64,000 bases of DNA from an uncultured Gammaproteobacteria bacterium (GCA_964412165.1 CAYPMW010000003.1:10338-74337), one strand, 5' to 3'; shown: positions 37,601-48,387, counted from the stretch's first letter. The notes: generated from the letters alone by a model not told the origin. Made by a program: numbers and translations.

Positions 37601-38437
37601 ATGGCTGAACGACCAAAGTCTCTACCAACAGTTCGAGACCTTGTGAAGCATATTGAAAGTCGTCAATCCGAACGTGAAACTGCTAAACAGCGACTCTTAG
37701 ATATGTTACACCAATTAGATCAACAGGTTCGAAGTGACGCGAAAATTATTCATAATCATTTAGGGGTACCCGCAATCGATTCAGGAGATAGCGATTTATA
37801 CGCTGCAACAGGAGCAATAGTAGGATATCTTCTTAATGGAGAGAGTCTTGCTGGTCAAATCCCTGAGGAGCAACTATGTCGACCGCTACATGATATTGTT
37901 GGCTCACAACCGGTAACTCCTCTTCTTGAACTTATGCCCGGTGAGGTGGTTCTTTTACCTGATGGTCAAAAATCATCTTCAAAAAATAAGGAAAAACGCA
38001 AAAGGTCATTCCCTTTTCCTACAGCTGATGAAATGGAAGTAATCAGTAAATTTCCTGCGGTAAAAGGGCTACTTGAAGATCAAGAAGCATGGGAAGTTGT
38101 AGATGGTATTCGCTATCTCACTTTAACCCAAATTGCAGCCATGTTTACTCACAAAGATTCTCATAAATCACTACTAGCAAGCACCATGATATTCCACATT
38201 AGAGCATTGGCGTTACATTGGGCGGAATATGAGCAATTACGACTGGTTAAGTCAAATCGACACGGCAATCCATACTTAGTGCCTGAAAAAGGAGTACTTG
38301 CAATTCTAGCTAATCTGGCTACCCGAAGCACTCAGAATAGCGCTTCTTATCAAATTCTGCCAGATTATACACCTCTTCCCCACGTCTCATTACAGGGTGA
38401 AGAAGTAAAAAAAAACTCGATTTCGTCTCTGCAGTAG
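37601..38437 (+). CDS. Hypothetical protein (278 aa) upstream of the sigma factor
   Basis: Intact ORF with no recognisable motif. Confidence 0.4.
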   Translation: MAERPKSLPTVRDLVKHIESRQSERETAKQRLLDMLHQLDQQVRSDAKIIHNHLGVPAIDSGDSDLYAATGAIVGYLLNGESLAGQIPEEQLCRPLHDIVGSQPVTPLLELMPGEVVLLPDGQKSSSKNKEKRKRSFPFPTADEMEVISKFPAVKGLLEDQEAWEVVDGIRYLTLTQIAAMFTHKDSHKSLLASTMIFHIRALALHWAEYEQLRLVKSNRHGNPYLVPEKGVLAILANLATRSTQNSASYQILPDYTPLPHVSLQGEEVKKNSISSLQ

Positions 38438-38496
38438 TAACTTATCCTCATGATTTTCCACACACCTTAGTTCCAGTTATTTCCATCATTCCGCAA

Positions 38497-39492
38497 GTGC
38501 TTGCACTTATCAGACCCGTCCAGTTACCCATGGTTGATGCTCTATCTTTGGATCGTCTTGTCGATCATGACGATACGTTTGGCTTGTATTTGAAAGAAAC
38601 CGCTACACCACTCCTCACCGCTGAGGAGGAAAGAATCCTGGGAGAATGTATCCAGGCTGGAAAAGCAATCGACCACCTCCTTAAATATTCGCCTACAGTT
38701 TTTCAACTTTTGTCAGTTACTACTCAAGATGAACTCTTACGGGTACGCATGCTTGCCCAACTCGCGCGTGAACGCCTGACCCGCTCCAATGTAACCTTGA
38801 TTGCGAGCATTGCCAAAAAGTACCAAGGTCGGGGTGTATCATGGGAAGACCTAAACCAGGAAGGAATCTTTGGCCTCATGTCCGCTGTCGATAAATTTGA
38901 TCCTCGAAAAGGATATAGATTTTCTACATATGCTACGTGGTGGATCAAACAAGCTATCGCCCGGGCAATTGTTGATACAGGCCGGACGATCCGAATTCCA
39001 GTCAATACAGATGAGCTTATGAAAAAAATAGCCAAAACCCGAACCAGATTTAATCGTGAATTACATCGCGATCCGACTGTTGAGGAGATTAGTGAAGAAC
39101 TACAGCTCACTCCTCGAAAAGTCAAATTTCTTTTACAAGTCAGTGGTCGCCAATGGACACTGTCTTTTGACGAACCGCTGAGTGATGAATCAGATGAAGA
39201 TTGGTATGAGTTGATTGCGGATCCCCTATCCGGTGACGACTATTTTCTTGCTCGAAAATATTTCCTCTTGGATATGTTGGGAGATTTGATAATAAATTGG
39301 CCTGATAAAAGAGAACGAGAGATCATCATATACCGCTTTGGTCTTTTTGGAGGATATGAACATACGCTTGAAGAAACAGGAGTCTATATCGGAGTTACCC
39401 GTGAACGTATTCGACAAATTGTGGGAAAAGCATTGTTTAAAATGCGCCGAAAATTACAACCTGTGGCATCTGACTGGTGGGATACACAATGA
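38497..39492 (+). CDS. RNA polymerase sigma-70 family factor (compact RpoD/SigA-like; regions 1.2, 2, 3, 4)
   Basis: ..DLNQEGIFGLMSAVDKFDPRKGYRFSTYATWWIKQAIARAI.. is region 2. TIRIPV is region 3. A region-4 helix-turn-helix is present (..VTRERIRQIVGKAL..). Confidence 0.85.
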   Translation: MLALIRPVQLPMVDALSLDRLVDHDDTFGLYLKETATPLLTAEEERILGECIQAGKAIDHLLKYSPTVFQLLSVTTQDELLRVRMLAQLARERLTRSNVTLIASIAKKYQGRGVSWEDLNQEGIFGLMSAVDKFDPRKGYRFSTYATWWIKQAIARAIVDTGRTIRIPVNTDELMKKIAKTRTRFNRELHRDPTVEEISEELQLTPRKVKFLLQVSGRQWTLSFDEPLSDESDEDWYELIADPLSGDDYFLARKYFLLDMLGDLIINWPDKREREIIIYRFGLFGGYEHTLEETGVYIGVTRERIRQIVGKALFKMRRKLQPVASDWWDTQ

Positions 39493-39496
39493 ATCA

Positions 39497-40132
39497 TTAT
39501 ACCAAAGCTTCTGATAATTCTTCCAAACTGTAAAAAACTTGATCCGCAAGTGAATAATCCGCATTTGGATACGCGTAATTCGGGATACAAATGACCTGTA
39601 TACCAGCCCGTTTTGCTGCCAGAATGCCGTTTATAGAATCTTCGATCACTACTGCCTCTTGAGGCGTGACTCCTAGGCGGGTCACGGTTTTGGTGTAAAT
39701 TTCTGGATCTGGTTTGCCTCGTACCACGTCTTCGCTCGTGAGTATCACCTGAAAATAATGTTTGAAAAGAGGATATTTCTCAAAGATGACTGCGATATAC
39801 CCCCGATCGCCACTCGTTGCCAAAGCACATGTATAAGAGCGGGCTTTGAATTTCTCAAGTACGGCACGGGCACCGGGAAAAAGTTCAAGTTTTTCTCGTG
39901 CAAGGCGGTAAAAAATCATCTGACGCTTGGTGTATAAATCCTCTAGGTTTCCCGGTAAATTGTATATATCCTTGAATTCACGGAGTATATCAATGATTCT
40001 TAGTCCCTCACGGCCTTCACTTATCATATAAATTTTCCCGAATGAGGTGATGAATTCTTCATTAGCTCTCTGTTGAAGTGGTGTTGAGTCAACGAGCAGC
40101 CCGTCAAGATCAAAAATGACTGCTTTCAGCAT
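39497..40132 (-). CDS. HAD-superfamily hydrolase (subfamily IA, beta-phosphoglucomutase/phosphatase-like)
   Basis: VIFDLDGLLVDS motif I, and ..TSGDR.. / ..EDSINGILAAKRAG.. motifs II-IV. Confidence 0.8.
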   Translation of the reverse strand: MLKAVIFDLDGLLVDSTPLQQRANEEFITSFGKIYMISEGREGLRIIDILREFKDIYNLPGNLEDLYTKRQMIFYRLAREKLELFPGARAVLEKFKARSYTCALATSGDRGYIAVIFEKYPLFKHYFQVILTSEDVVRGKPDPEIYTKTVTRLGVTPQEAVVIEDSINGILAAKRAGIQVICIPNYAYPNADYSLADQVFYSLEELSEALV

Positions 40133-40146
40133 ATTTTAGTTATTGT

Positions 40147-41586
40147 CTAGTGCGGAATTTTTTTCACTTGAGTGCCTGAAGTCGAATCTTCAACCTTATA
40201 TCCCTGGCTTTCGATCTTTTTTCTTAATATATCTCCCTCAAGGTACTTACCCTCATGGCGGGCTTCTGATCGTGCGATTACGAGCGCCTTAATATCGGGA
40301 GGGAGCGCCTCCTCCATCTGTCTTTCTGCTATTAGTTCAAATCCCAAGCCCAAAATTTCATTCACGATCATCAAAAGATCATACTTGTCAGCGGTGGGAA
40401 GATTGCTTTTTACCATCTCCCAGATGATACCAACAGCCCGGGGAGTATTTAGATCAAAGCGCATTGTGTCTTTGAAACTTTTACGGAGTTCATTGACTCT
40501 TTTCAGTTTTTCTTTTGAAAGGGTAACCCGCTCTGTCATATGAATCTGGATACGCATGGTTTTTACATGCTCATTAAGCTCGTCAAGGGCTTTTTGGGCT
40601 CCTTTTAATGCTCCCCAAGTAAAGTTGGTTTCCTGGCGGTAATGGGTTTGTAAGAATAAAAACCGCAGCGCCAAAGGACTGAACCCGCGCTTGACGACTT
40701 CATCAAGAGTAATGAAATTTCCCAAAGATTTACTCATCTTTTGGCCCTCAACCTGAACGAAATTGTGATGTACCCAATATTTGACAAACTGTTTTCCCGT
40801 GGCCGCCTCTGACTGGGCGATTTCATTCGTGTGATGAACTGGAATGTGATCAATACCTCCGGTGTGAATCTCAAATGTTTCACCTAAGTAACGCATACTC
40901 ATCGCCGAGCACTCAATGTGCCAGCCGGGAAAACCTTTGCCCCAGGGACTATCCCATTCCATCTGGCGCGTAATACCGGGAGGAGTCAACTTCCAGAGAG
41001 CAAAATCAGTCGGATGTTTTTTACCTTCAACCATCACCACGCGCGCGCCTACCCTCAGCTCTTCAGGCCTAATATTGGCTAGTCTTCCATACTCGGGAAA
41101 TTTAGTGGCATCAAAATATACGCCGTCGGCAATTTTATACGTATAACCTCTTGCTTCAAGTCGCGCGATAAGATCAATCTGTTCTTTAATATGTTCGGTC
41201 GCGCGGCTCACTACGTCAGGCCGTCTCACTAACACTTTGTCCATGGTGGCAAAAAAATACTGTTCGTAAAAACGGGCGATCTCCCTAGCTGATTTCCCTT
41301 CACGCTGAGCCCCTTTTTCAATTTTGTCTTCACCTGTATCGGCATCTGATGTCAAATGCCCGACATCGGTAATATTCATGACGTGCGTCACCTGATAGCC
41401 TAAATATCTCAAGAGTCTTACTAAACAATCGTCCATGACGTATTTACGAATATGGCCTATGTGGGTATAGTCATAAACCGTTGGACCACAGGCATAGATC
41501 CCCACCTTTTTGCCGTTGAGAGGAACAAAATCCTCAATATCACGGGAAAGCGTATTATACAGACGAAATATATTTTTGACTTCCAT
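40147..41586 (-). CDS. cysS: Cysteine--tRNA ligase
   Basis: CGPTVYDYTHIGHIR (HIGH) and KMSKSLGN motifs; Zn-binding Cys residues. Confidence 0.9.
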   Translation of the reverse strand: MEVKNIFRLYNTLSRDIEDFVPLNGKKVGIYACGPTVYDYTHIGHIRKYVMDDCLVRLLRYLGYQVTHVMNITDVGHLTSDADTGEDKIEKGAQREGKSAREIARFYEQYFFATMDKVLVRRPDVVSRATEHIKEQIDLIARLEARGYTYKIADGVYFDATKFPEYGRLANIRPEELRVGARVVMVEGKKHPTDFALWKLTPPGITRQMEWDSPWGKGFPGWHIECSAMSMRYLGETFEIHTGGIDHIPVHHTNEIAQSEAATGKQFVKYWVHHNFVQVEGQKMSKSLGNFITLDEVVKRGFSPLALRFLFLQTHYRQETNFTWGALKGAQKALDELNEHVKTMRIQIHMTERVTLSKEKLKRVNELRKSFKDTMRFDLNTPRAVGIIWEMVKSNLPTADKYDLLMIVNEILGLGFELIAERQMEEALPPDIKALVIARSEARHEGKYLEGDILRKKIESQGYKVEDSTSGTQVKKIPH

Positions 41587-41597
41587 ATCAGGTTATT

Positions 41598-42080
41598 TTA
41601 CTGCGACTTGATGTTTTTACCAACTTCAGTACCGGAAGACTTGGGCCGGACGCCTCTACCGTAGAGGTTCCCCCGTTCTGGCCTGGTAGAAATAAATGGC
41701 AGTTTCATGGCTTTTTTCTTTTCTTCAACAATTTCTTTTTTCTTTTTCTCAAGTTCCTCCATTTTAAGCCTAGTTTCATATGTCGAGTCGCTTTCACCTT
41801 GAAGCTGGGTGAATTGTTTGAGTAATTCTCTTGCCTTTTGCAACTGACGCGCTTTTTCTAACTCGTCTTTTTGTTTTAATGCCTCAATGGAAGCTGAGTT
41901 GGCGTCACCCGACTTTTTTTGGGGAGATGGTGGATTTTTTGGGTTTGGCGAAGTTCCGCCTGAACCCAACGTTTCATCGATTCCCACAATTTTTGCCGGT
42001 GTTTTGGCCACTTCAGTAACAATTTGTTTTCCCAACTGCCCAAGCTGTTCACCAACACCTTTCGCTACACTATCTACCAT
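41598..42080 (-). CDS. Hypothetical Lys/Glu-rich coiled-coil protein (160 aa)
   Basis: Compositionally biased (..EELEKKKKEIVEEKKKAMK..). No recognisable motif. Confidence 0.4.
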   Translation of the reverse strand: MVDSVAKGVGEQLGQLGKQIVTEVAKTPAKIVGIDETLGSGGTSPNPKNPPSPQKKSGDANSASIEALKQKDELEKARQLQKARELLKQFTQLQGESDSTYETRLKMEELEKKKKEIVEEKKKAMKLPFISTRPERGNLYGRGVRPKSSGTEVGKNIKSQ

Positions 42081-42124
42081 ATGTTAAATATATACTGAAT
42101 TGTACTAAACGTAAATCTTATTTT

Positions 42125-42427
42125 TCAGGCAAATCCCAAAGTGATTTTGGCTTCATCGCTCATTCTCTCCGGATTCCATGGAGGATCAAATGATAGATCA
42201 ACTTCCACCTCAGTCACTCCTTCAATCTCCATAATACACGCTTTAACTGGCTCTGCTATAAGCGAAAATAAAGGACAACCAATAGTGGTAAGTGTCATCC
42301 GCACCCGCACTTTTCCAGCCTTTAAAATATCAACCCCGTAAATAAGCCCCAAATCGACTATTGATATTCCCAGTTCCGGATCGGGAACTGATTTAAGTTT
42401 AGCTAACACCTCGCTGTCAGTAATTTT
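42125..42427 (-). CDS. DUF59 / MIP18-family Fe-S assembly protein (SufT/PaaD-like)
   Basis: ..VPDPELGISIVDLGLIYGV.. and ..TLTTIGCPL.. match the DUF59 signature. The start is taken at the internal MKITDSE..; the longest ORF extends to 42487. Confidence 0.7.
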   Translation of the reverse strand, partial: KITDSEVLAKLKSVPDPELGISIVDLGLIYGVDILKAGKVRVRMTLTTIGCPLFSLIAEPVKACIMEIEGVTEVEVDLSFDPPWNPERMSDEAKITLGFA

Positions 42428-42514
42428 CATATATCTATTCATTTCAAATCCGGCGGTGTAGCACCTCAAGCTGACATTGATTATCAACAGTCCCGGACCC
42501 CGTTTCCTATAGAA

Positions 42515-43129
42515 CTAGTATTCTCTCCGTCCCTCAAGCGCCCGCGAAAGAGTGATCTCATCCGCATACTCAATATCTCCACCAACTGGTAGGCCGTGAG
42601 CCAACCGGGTAATCTTTAACTTTCCCGATTTTACCAGCGGTAGAAGTTGCCTTTGGATATACATGGCTGTGGCTTCCCCTTCCATAGTCGCATTGGTAGC
42701 AAGTATCACTTCGCTCACGATATTTACCGTAGTGTCAATCCGCCTGACTAGCTCTGCGATCCTAATTTCGTCAGGGCCGATATTTGCCAGAGGATTGATC
42801 TCCCCGTGAAGTACGTGATATACCCCGTTAAATTTGCCTGTTCGTTCGATTGAAAGAATATCCAGAGGCTGTTCGACCACACAAAGCACCGATTTATCAC
42901 GGGACGGCTGTGAACATATATGACACGGGTCGGTTTCGCTGACATTGAAGCAGACCGAACAAAAAACCGTATTTTTTTTAAGATTGGTTAACGCCGAAGC
43001 AAACGTCTCTATCTCATGCTGAGGCACATGGAGAAGGTAAAACGTTAACCTTTGGGCTGATTTGGGACCAATCCCTGGCAACCGCTCAAACGCTTCAATG
43101 AGTTTGGAGACTGGTTTAGCAAGTTTTAA
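42515..43129 (-). CDS. recR: Recombination protein RecR
   Basis: ..LPGIGPKSAQRLTFYLL.. HhH motif, a C4 zinc finger (CSVC..CHIC) and a Toprim domain. The start is taken at the internal MLKLAK..; the longest ORF extends to 43159. Confidence 0.85.
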   Translation of the reverse strand, partial: LKLAKPVSKLIEAFERLPGIGPKSAQRLTFYLLHVPQHEIETFASALTNLKKNTVFCSVCFNVSETDPCHICSQPSRDKSVLCVVEQPLDILSIERTGKFNGVYHVLHGEINPLANIGPDEIRIAELVRRIDTTVNIVSEVILATNATMEGEATAMYIQRQLLPLVKSGKLKITRLAHGLPVGGDIEYADEITLSRALEGRREY

Positions 43130-43275
43130 CATGCTATTATTGTAGCATGAACGACGCAAAGGAAGAAAGCAAAAGTTCAGTAATTAATATAGTTTCTGGC
43201 AAATTGCTCAAAATCTTATAGCCATATTCTATCTTGATCATAAAACCCAAAAGTATCAATTATTTGGAATTAAGT

Positions 43276-44196
43276 CTACCGAGTTATTTTATTTATTTGT
43301 TCTGCCAAAAGCGGGGCCATTGAGATGACTTCAAGTTTGGAAAATTTACTCTCCTCAGGTAAGTGGATCGAATCAGAAACATATATTCGGTCTATTGGGC
43401 TCTCTATAAGCACTTTGCGAGTACCCTCAATAAAGTCAGCATGCGTCACACAAGCTATAACCTTTTTAGCACCATGTTCTTTGAGTAGATATGCTGATTT
43501 CACAAGTGTACTACCTGAAGTGATGATGTCATCAACTAAGATTGCTGTTTTCCCACGGGTCTCACCAATCAACTGAACGCTTTCGATTGTGTGGATCTTA
43601 TCAAGTCTTCGTTGTTTCTTAATCAGAGATAACTGGGTACTTATCAACCTGGCAAACAGCTGTGCTCGTTTTGTACCTCCCGCGTCTGGAGCTACTACGA
43701 TTAATTCTTTACCCAAGTTTTTCATATATGGCACAAAAATTGAAGCACCAAAAAGATGGACGACATTCACGGTAAAATAGCCAGCCACTAATTCTGAATG
43801 GAGATCTATCGCGATGACTTGGTCAAATTGTGTCGCCTCGATTAGCCTGGCCATGACACGGGCTGATACCCCTTCGCCTTTCCGATGAGCCTTGTCTTGC
43901 CTGCTGTATCCGTAATACGGGATGACGGCGACGAGTTTTCCTGCAGCATTGTGTTTAAGCGCATCTCCTATGAGACAAAGTTCAACTAAATGTGAATCTA
44001 CCGGATTTGAAAGTGAAGCGATGACAAAAACCATTCGTTCCGAAACATTTTCTTCAATACGCACTCTTTTTTCTGAATCGGCAAAGGTCACAATCTCAAT
44101 CCGACTCAACTGGAATTTGAGAAGTCGCGCGACATCAAGCGCCAAACTCCGATTTGCACTACCAGAATAAAGAATGAAATCACGTTTCATATTCAT
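43276..44196 (-). CDS. prs: Ribose-phosphate pyrophosphokinase
   Basis: Two PRTase-type domains and the PRPP-binding ..ILVDDIITSGSTL.. motif. Confidence 0.85.
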   Translation of the reverse strand: MNMKRDFILYSGSANRSLALDVARLLKFQLSRIEIVTFADSEKRVRIEENVSERMVFVIASLSNPVDSHLVELCLIGDALKHNAAGKLVAVIPYYGYSRQDKAHRKGEGVSARVMARLIEATQFDQVIAIDLHSELVAGYFTVNVVHLFGASIFVPYMKNLGKELIVVAPDAGGTKRAQLFARLISTQLSLIKKQRRLDKIHTIESVQLIGETRGKTAILVDDIITSGSTLVKSAYLLKEHGAKKVIACVTHADFIEGTRKVLIESPIDRIYVSDSIHLPEESKFSKLEVISMAPLLAEQINKITR

Positions 44197-44220
44197 TATT
44201 GTAGCTACTTAAAGCATTTT

Positions 44221-44913
44221 CTACAAATCAAAATGGGTAAGCACATGTGAGTCGGCTAAAGATTCAACTAACATATCTGGAGCCTCAGCTTTCAAACGAT
44301 CAAGCTGGTGACCTCCGGTAGTCACGGCAATAGTATATGCACCAATTGCTTTGCCACAGCGCACATCATGTATTGTATCACCAATTATTGTGATATCCCC
44401 CGGTGCAAAGACGGTTTTAAAATACTTTTGGGCTTTTAAGAAAACTTTTTTAGCAAGTGCTATCCGGTCATCTGCCTCTTCCCCGTAAAGACCGAAATGG
44501 AAATACCTATCAATTCCTACATGACGGAGCTTCCAATGAGCAAGACGTTCCATATTTCCGGTGATGATCCCAATACGCACATCTTTTAAAACTGATAACT
44601 GCCGTACGATTCGCGCGGCTTCAGGGATGGCTACAATAAGCGTTCCCTTTTCCGCAGAAGTTTTAAAAAAGTCTATAAACGTCGCCCCGATAAGCGGCAT
44701 ATCGCGGATGATATCTTCTTTAAGGACGTAATACTGATGAGCCAAATCAAGAAGTATTGACCGGTCAATATGCCCGTGGTACTTCCACTTTGCTACATCA
44801 ATCTGCCTGCCGTATAATTTCTCAAAAACATACCTGTACTTGGCTCCTATGGTCATATCCTTCCCCACGTGATATATAAGCGTACCGTCGATATCAAAGA
44901 GAACAAGCTTCAT
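44221..44913 (-). CDS. HAD-superfamily hydrolase
   Basis: LFDIDGTL motif I and ..GDTIHDV.. motif IV. Confidence 0.75.
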   Translation of the reverse strand: MKLVLFDIDGTLIYHVGKDMTIGAKYRYVFEKLYGRQIDVAKWKYHGHIDRSILLDLAHQYYVLKEDIIRDMPLIGATFIDFFKTSAEKGTLIVAIPEAARIVRQLSVLKDVRIGIITGNMERLAHWKLRHVGIDRYFHFGLYGEEADDRIALAKKVFLKAQKYFKTVFAPGDITIIGDTIHDVRCGKAIGAYTIAVTTGGHQLDRLKAEAPDMLVESLADSHVLTHFDL

Positions 44914-46112
44914 TGCAGTTTGGGCCGATATTCCTTCAGGGCATGACCCAGGATCATGATTGCTTTTTTAAGCTTCTCAATTCCTAAAACGTAGGCGATC
45001 CGGACTTGATTTCTTCCCATTCCAGGGGTGGTGTAAAACCCTTGTGCAGGAGCAAGCATTACGGTTTCATTCTGGTAACGAAAATCAGTCAGAAGCCAAC
45101 GAGAAAAATCTTCGGTATCTTCAACTGGTAAGCTAACAATTGTATAAAAAGCGCCTTCAGGCTTGGAAATTTCCACTCCAGGGATCTGTGAAAGCTCTGT
45201 ATACAGTACATTCCGGCGTTTTTCAAACTCAGAGTGAACTTTTGTAAAATAACTCTTGGGCACAGCTGTGAGTTTGGTCGCCATGGCTTGGTCTATAAAA
45301 CCTGAAGACAGTCTCCCCTGAGCAAGCCGCAGGCACCCTGCCATAATTTCGGGGTTTAATGATACACACACGCCTAGTCGCGCTCCACATACGCTATACC
45401 GTTTGGAGAGACTATCAAGTAGTATTGCCTGATCCGGAATTTCCCTAAAATATTCGAGGATAGAGACATGAATCCTGCCATCATACGTAAACTCCCGATA
45501 CACTTCGTCCGCGAGTAAAAACAACTTGTACTCCCTGGCAATTGATACGAGCATTTCCACTTCCTCACGGGTGTATACAGTGCCTGTCGGATTGTTGGGA
45601 TTGCAGATCAACAGAGCTTTCGTTTTCGGAGTAATTTTTGCAATTATATCCGCTTTTTTTGGGAGATGAAAACCGTTTCTCGCATGAGTAGCTACGGATA
45701 CAAGCTTTACCTGGTTGACGCTGGCAATTGTATTATAGTTCGTGTATAACGGCTCAAACGTGATCACCTCTTCTTCCAAGTCGCACACGGAAAAAAGAGC
45801 AAATGAGATTGCTTCTGATCCACCTGTAGTAACTTGGATATTTTGTAACGCAATAAAGTTAAAACCGAGACGGTGGTAATACTTATGAAGAGCTTTTAGA
45901 AATTCCGGATCCCCTTGCGACTGACTATACGAAATCGTTTTTTTCCGCCAATTGCGAAGCACTTCAAGCATTACCTCAGGTGTCTCGGTATCAGGATCGC
46001 CAATATTAAGGCGATACACTATGACGTTTTCTTTTTTTGCCTTTTGGGCGTAAGGAACAAGCTTACGAATAGACGAAGCAGGCACAAGGTTTAGTCGATT
46101 TGAAATTCGCAT
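44910..46112 (-). CDS. PLP-dependent aminotransferase, class I/II (aspartate/aromatic aminotransferase-like)
   Basis: Lys-pyridoxal region ..SLSKRYSVCGARLG.. and fold type I features. Confidence 0.8.
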   Translation of the reverse strand: MRISNRLNLVPASSIRKLVPYAQKAKKENVIVYRLNIGDPDTETPEVMLEVLRNWRKKTISYSQSQGDPEFLKALHKYYHRLGFNFIALQNIQVTTGGSEAISFALFSVCDLEEEVITFEPLYTNYNTIASVNQVKLVSVATHARNGFHLPKKADIIAKITPKTKALLICNPNNPTGTVYTREEVEMLVSIAREYKLFLLADEVYREFTYDGRIHVSILEYFREIPDQAILLDSLSKRYSVCGARLGVCVSLNPEIMAGCLRLAQGRLSSGFIDQAMATKLTAVPKSYFTKVHSEFEKRRNVLYTELSQIPGVEISKPEGAFYTIVSLPVEDTEDFSRWLLTDFRYQNETVMLAPAQGFYTTPGMGRNQVRIAYVLGIEKLKKAIMILGHALKEYRPKLQ

Positions 46113-46151
46113 GATTTACAATTCAAGTTATGTACTGTTTCTCGTGAAAAA

Positions 46152-46748
46152 TTATAAGCCCGGAAGTTTGGGTTGGCGGGGGATATGACCTTTTCCTGGT
46201 ACATACCAAATTCTTTGTTTATTTATCGTCTCCTCAATCATCACATGTGGTTCAAGCGCAGCTTGAATACCCTCTTTAATATGTAGGGGAATTTCGTCTC
46301 TCTCGGACGAACCATTGAGCCGCTGCCACATGGTTTCAAAAAATTCTTGTCCGGCTTTTTCCTGACCATGGGAAATATACCCCTCCATGATCCAATGCAC
46401 AAAAGGTGGGAACATCTCAGTCCGGTTAAAACCAGATGTATTTTTAAGGAGTATTACCAGTGCCTCCACCATATCCATAGGCGATACTTGACTCGGATTC
46501 GTGATTATTTCCAAAAATTGTCTTCGCTCTTCCTCGGTTGAACCAAATGCAGTCACATAAATGCTGGCTACAATCATTGTGATTCTTTTTAGACTAGCGG
46601 AACGAACTCTATCAGCCTCAACCAGTGCAGAAATCATTTTACTGGGACTTTGGAGATTAGGATCTGTAAAGGTAAGTGAGATCCCTCCTCGTTCAACTCC
46701 TCCGAAACCGCGGACACCAATGTGCAATTGATATGGTATTGAGGTCAT
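46152..46748 (-). CDS. Hypothetical protein (198 aa)
   Basis: Intact ORF with no recognisable motif. Confidence 0.4.
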   Translation of the reverse strand: MTSIPYQLHIGVRGFGGVERGGISLTFTDPNLQSPSKMISALVEADRVRSASLKRITMIVASIYVTAFGSTEEERRQFLEIITNPSQVSPMDMVEALVILLKNTSGFNRTEMFPPFVHWIMEGYISHGQEKAGQEFFETMWQRLNGSSERDEIPLHIKEGIQAALEPHVMIEETINKQRIWYVPGKGHIPRQPKLPGL

Positions 46749-46756
46749 ATCTTAGG

Positions 46757-47542
46757 TCAAATTTGATGAATAGAAAATTCGGTTTCAATATGAGGCTTCC
46801 CAAAAGCGTCCCAGGCACTACCACCCCTTACCCAGATTTCCATAAATCGATCATTTCCGCCAGTTGAACCTGGAGCAAATGAAAATTCTCCGTCTTTAAC
46901 TTTGTACGTCTCATCAGAAATCACGCCTTCGTGGGTCAACCCGTTACATGATATCGCAATTTTTGTTCCAACTGCAAGAGTATTCTTTGAAGAGCGCAGT
47001 GTGGTCTTTAAATTTCCATATCCATCAACAAAACCAATCAAGTTGTTTGGCGGATGAGGAATAGTACTCACTGGAATTTCCCCGCCGATATACTTTACTT
47101 GTCCATGAGCAATTCCTACCACTGCATCAGGATAATAATCACGCGATCTAAATTGTGAACCGACATTGGGTACATTCACTGCGTGCAGTTTTTTTACTTC
47201 GTTTCGTAAAAACGACAATGAGTAACCTGCATTAACAGCTATTAAGACCGTGCCGTTTGTCAACTTGGTATAAATCAACCTACCTCCATCCACTGACTCG
47301 TCAAATCCTTTAAGAATTTTACGTGGCGCAGTGTTTGAAAATACGATAAGACCTGGAAAAGCATTGACGGTGGCAAATTGCGCCACCCATATGCCCGTGG
47401 CTACCGTTGAAAACGCGGGTACGCTAGTGGTACTTACCCGAATACTTTTATCAAGATACGTAAATTTTTGCACGACCTCACCAAATGCCGGGTCACCCAC
47501 ACCATAATCAGCAATCAGTTGGATAATAATTGCGTCACTCAT
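46757..47542 (-). CDS. SAM hydroxide adenosyltransferase-family protein (DUF62; SalL/FlA-like fold)
   Basis: N-terminal ..IIIQLIADYGVGDPAFGEVVQKF.. resembles the DUF62 TDFGxxDxYVGxMKGV signature. The length is appropriate (~260 aa). Confidence 0.5.
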   Translation of the reverse strand: MSDAIIIQLIADYGVGDPAFGEVVQKFTYLDKSIRVSTTSVPAFSTVATGIWVAQFATVNAFPGLIVFSNTAPRKILKGFDESVDGGRLIYTKLTNGTVLIAVNAGYSLSFLRNEVKKLHAVNVPNVGSQFRSRDYYPDAVVGIAHGQVKYIGGEIPVSTIPHPPNNLIGFVDGYGNLKTTLRSSKNTLAVGTKIAISCNGLTHEGVISDETYKVKDGEFSFAPGSTGGNDRFMEIWVRGGSAWDAFGKPHIETEFSIHQI

Positions 47543-47706
47543 ACTGAGTAACTCAGCTGTAAACCTGAGTTACGTGAGTATATTGTAACAAAATTTAAAA
47601 AAATTACATAGAGAAACATGAGGTAGGGATTGTCGTGAGGCTATGAATTCATAAGTATATACCGAGTAATATCGAGTTATCCTGTTGGGTTGTTAAAGTT
47701 TCTATT

Positions 47707-48258
47707 TTAAGTCAGTGGTAGATACATAGTAACCTCACCGATATACTGATTTTTAAAATAATATGCATCTGGCACTTTGCCTGATGTACGAAACCCTATT
47801 TTTTCATAAAGGCGAATCGCTCGGTGGTTGTTTTCGAAGACTTGAAGTACTAAAAGCCTGAGGCTTAAACGCCGCGATTCATCAATGACAGATCTGAGAA
47901 GCTCTATCCCGATTCCCCTCCGGCGAAACTTGGGCGCGAGGGATATGCCAATTAGGCCAACATGAGTTTTACGGTATTTTTGTCGGACAACTCCGGCCAT
48001 GCCGGCAAATGTTCTCTCAACTTCAACAATCAAATGCACTGCTCTCCTCTCCTCCATCTCAAGAAGCATCGAATTCAAATATTCTTTTTCTTCATCATAA
48101 TGAATCTTTTTACCAGATAGCATGATAGTCGTATCCTCATCAATAAGATTATTGGCATATTCCAGCATCGCCTCAACATCAGTTGTCCGAGGATAACGGA
48201 AAATAATTCGCTTCCTATTTTTCCCGTGAAACTCTTTTATGATTTTTCCCTGCTTCAT
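47707..48258 (-). CDS. GNAT-family N-acetyltransferase
   Basis: Acetyl-CoA-binding ..RRRGIGIELLRSVI.. motif A. Confidence 0.8.
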   Translation of the reverse strand: MKQGKIIKEFHGKNRKRIIFRYPRTTDVEAMLEYANNLIDEDTTIMLSGKKIHYDEEKEYLNSMLLEMEERRAVHLIVEVERTFAGMAGVVRQKYRKTHVGLIGISLAPKFRRRGIGIELLRSVIDESRRLSLRLLVLQVFENNHRAIRLYEKIGFRTSGKVPDAYYFKNQYIGEVTMYLPLT

Positions 48259-48387
48259 ACTCTTCGATTAAGGCCACCTATTTTTATACTAAGTTGGTGA
48301 TCCTCGCTGGGTTTCTGATAATAAATACAGTGGATCCCGCACGTATCACGTTCACGAAAAATCATATATTAGACCCCACAGTAACAC

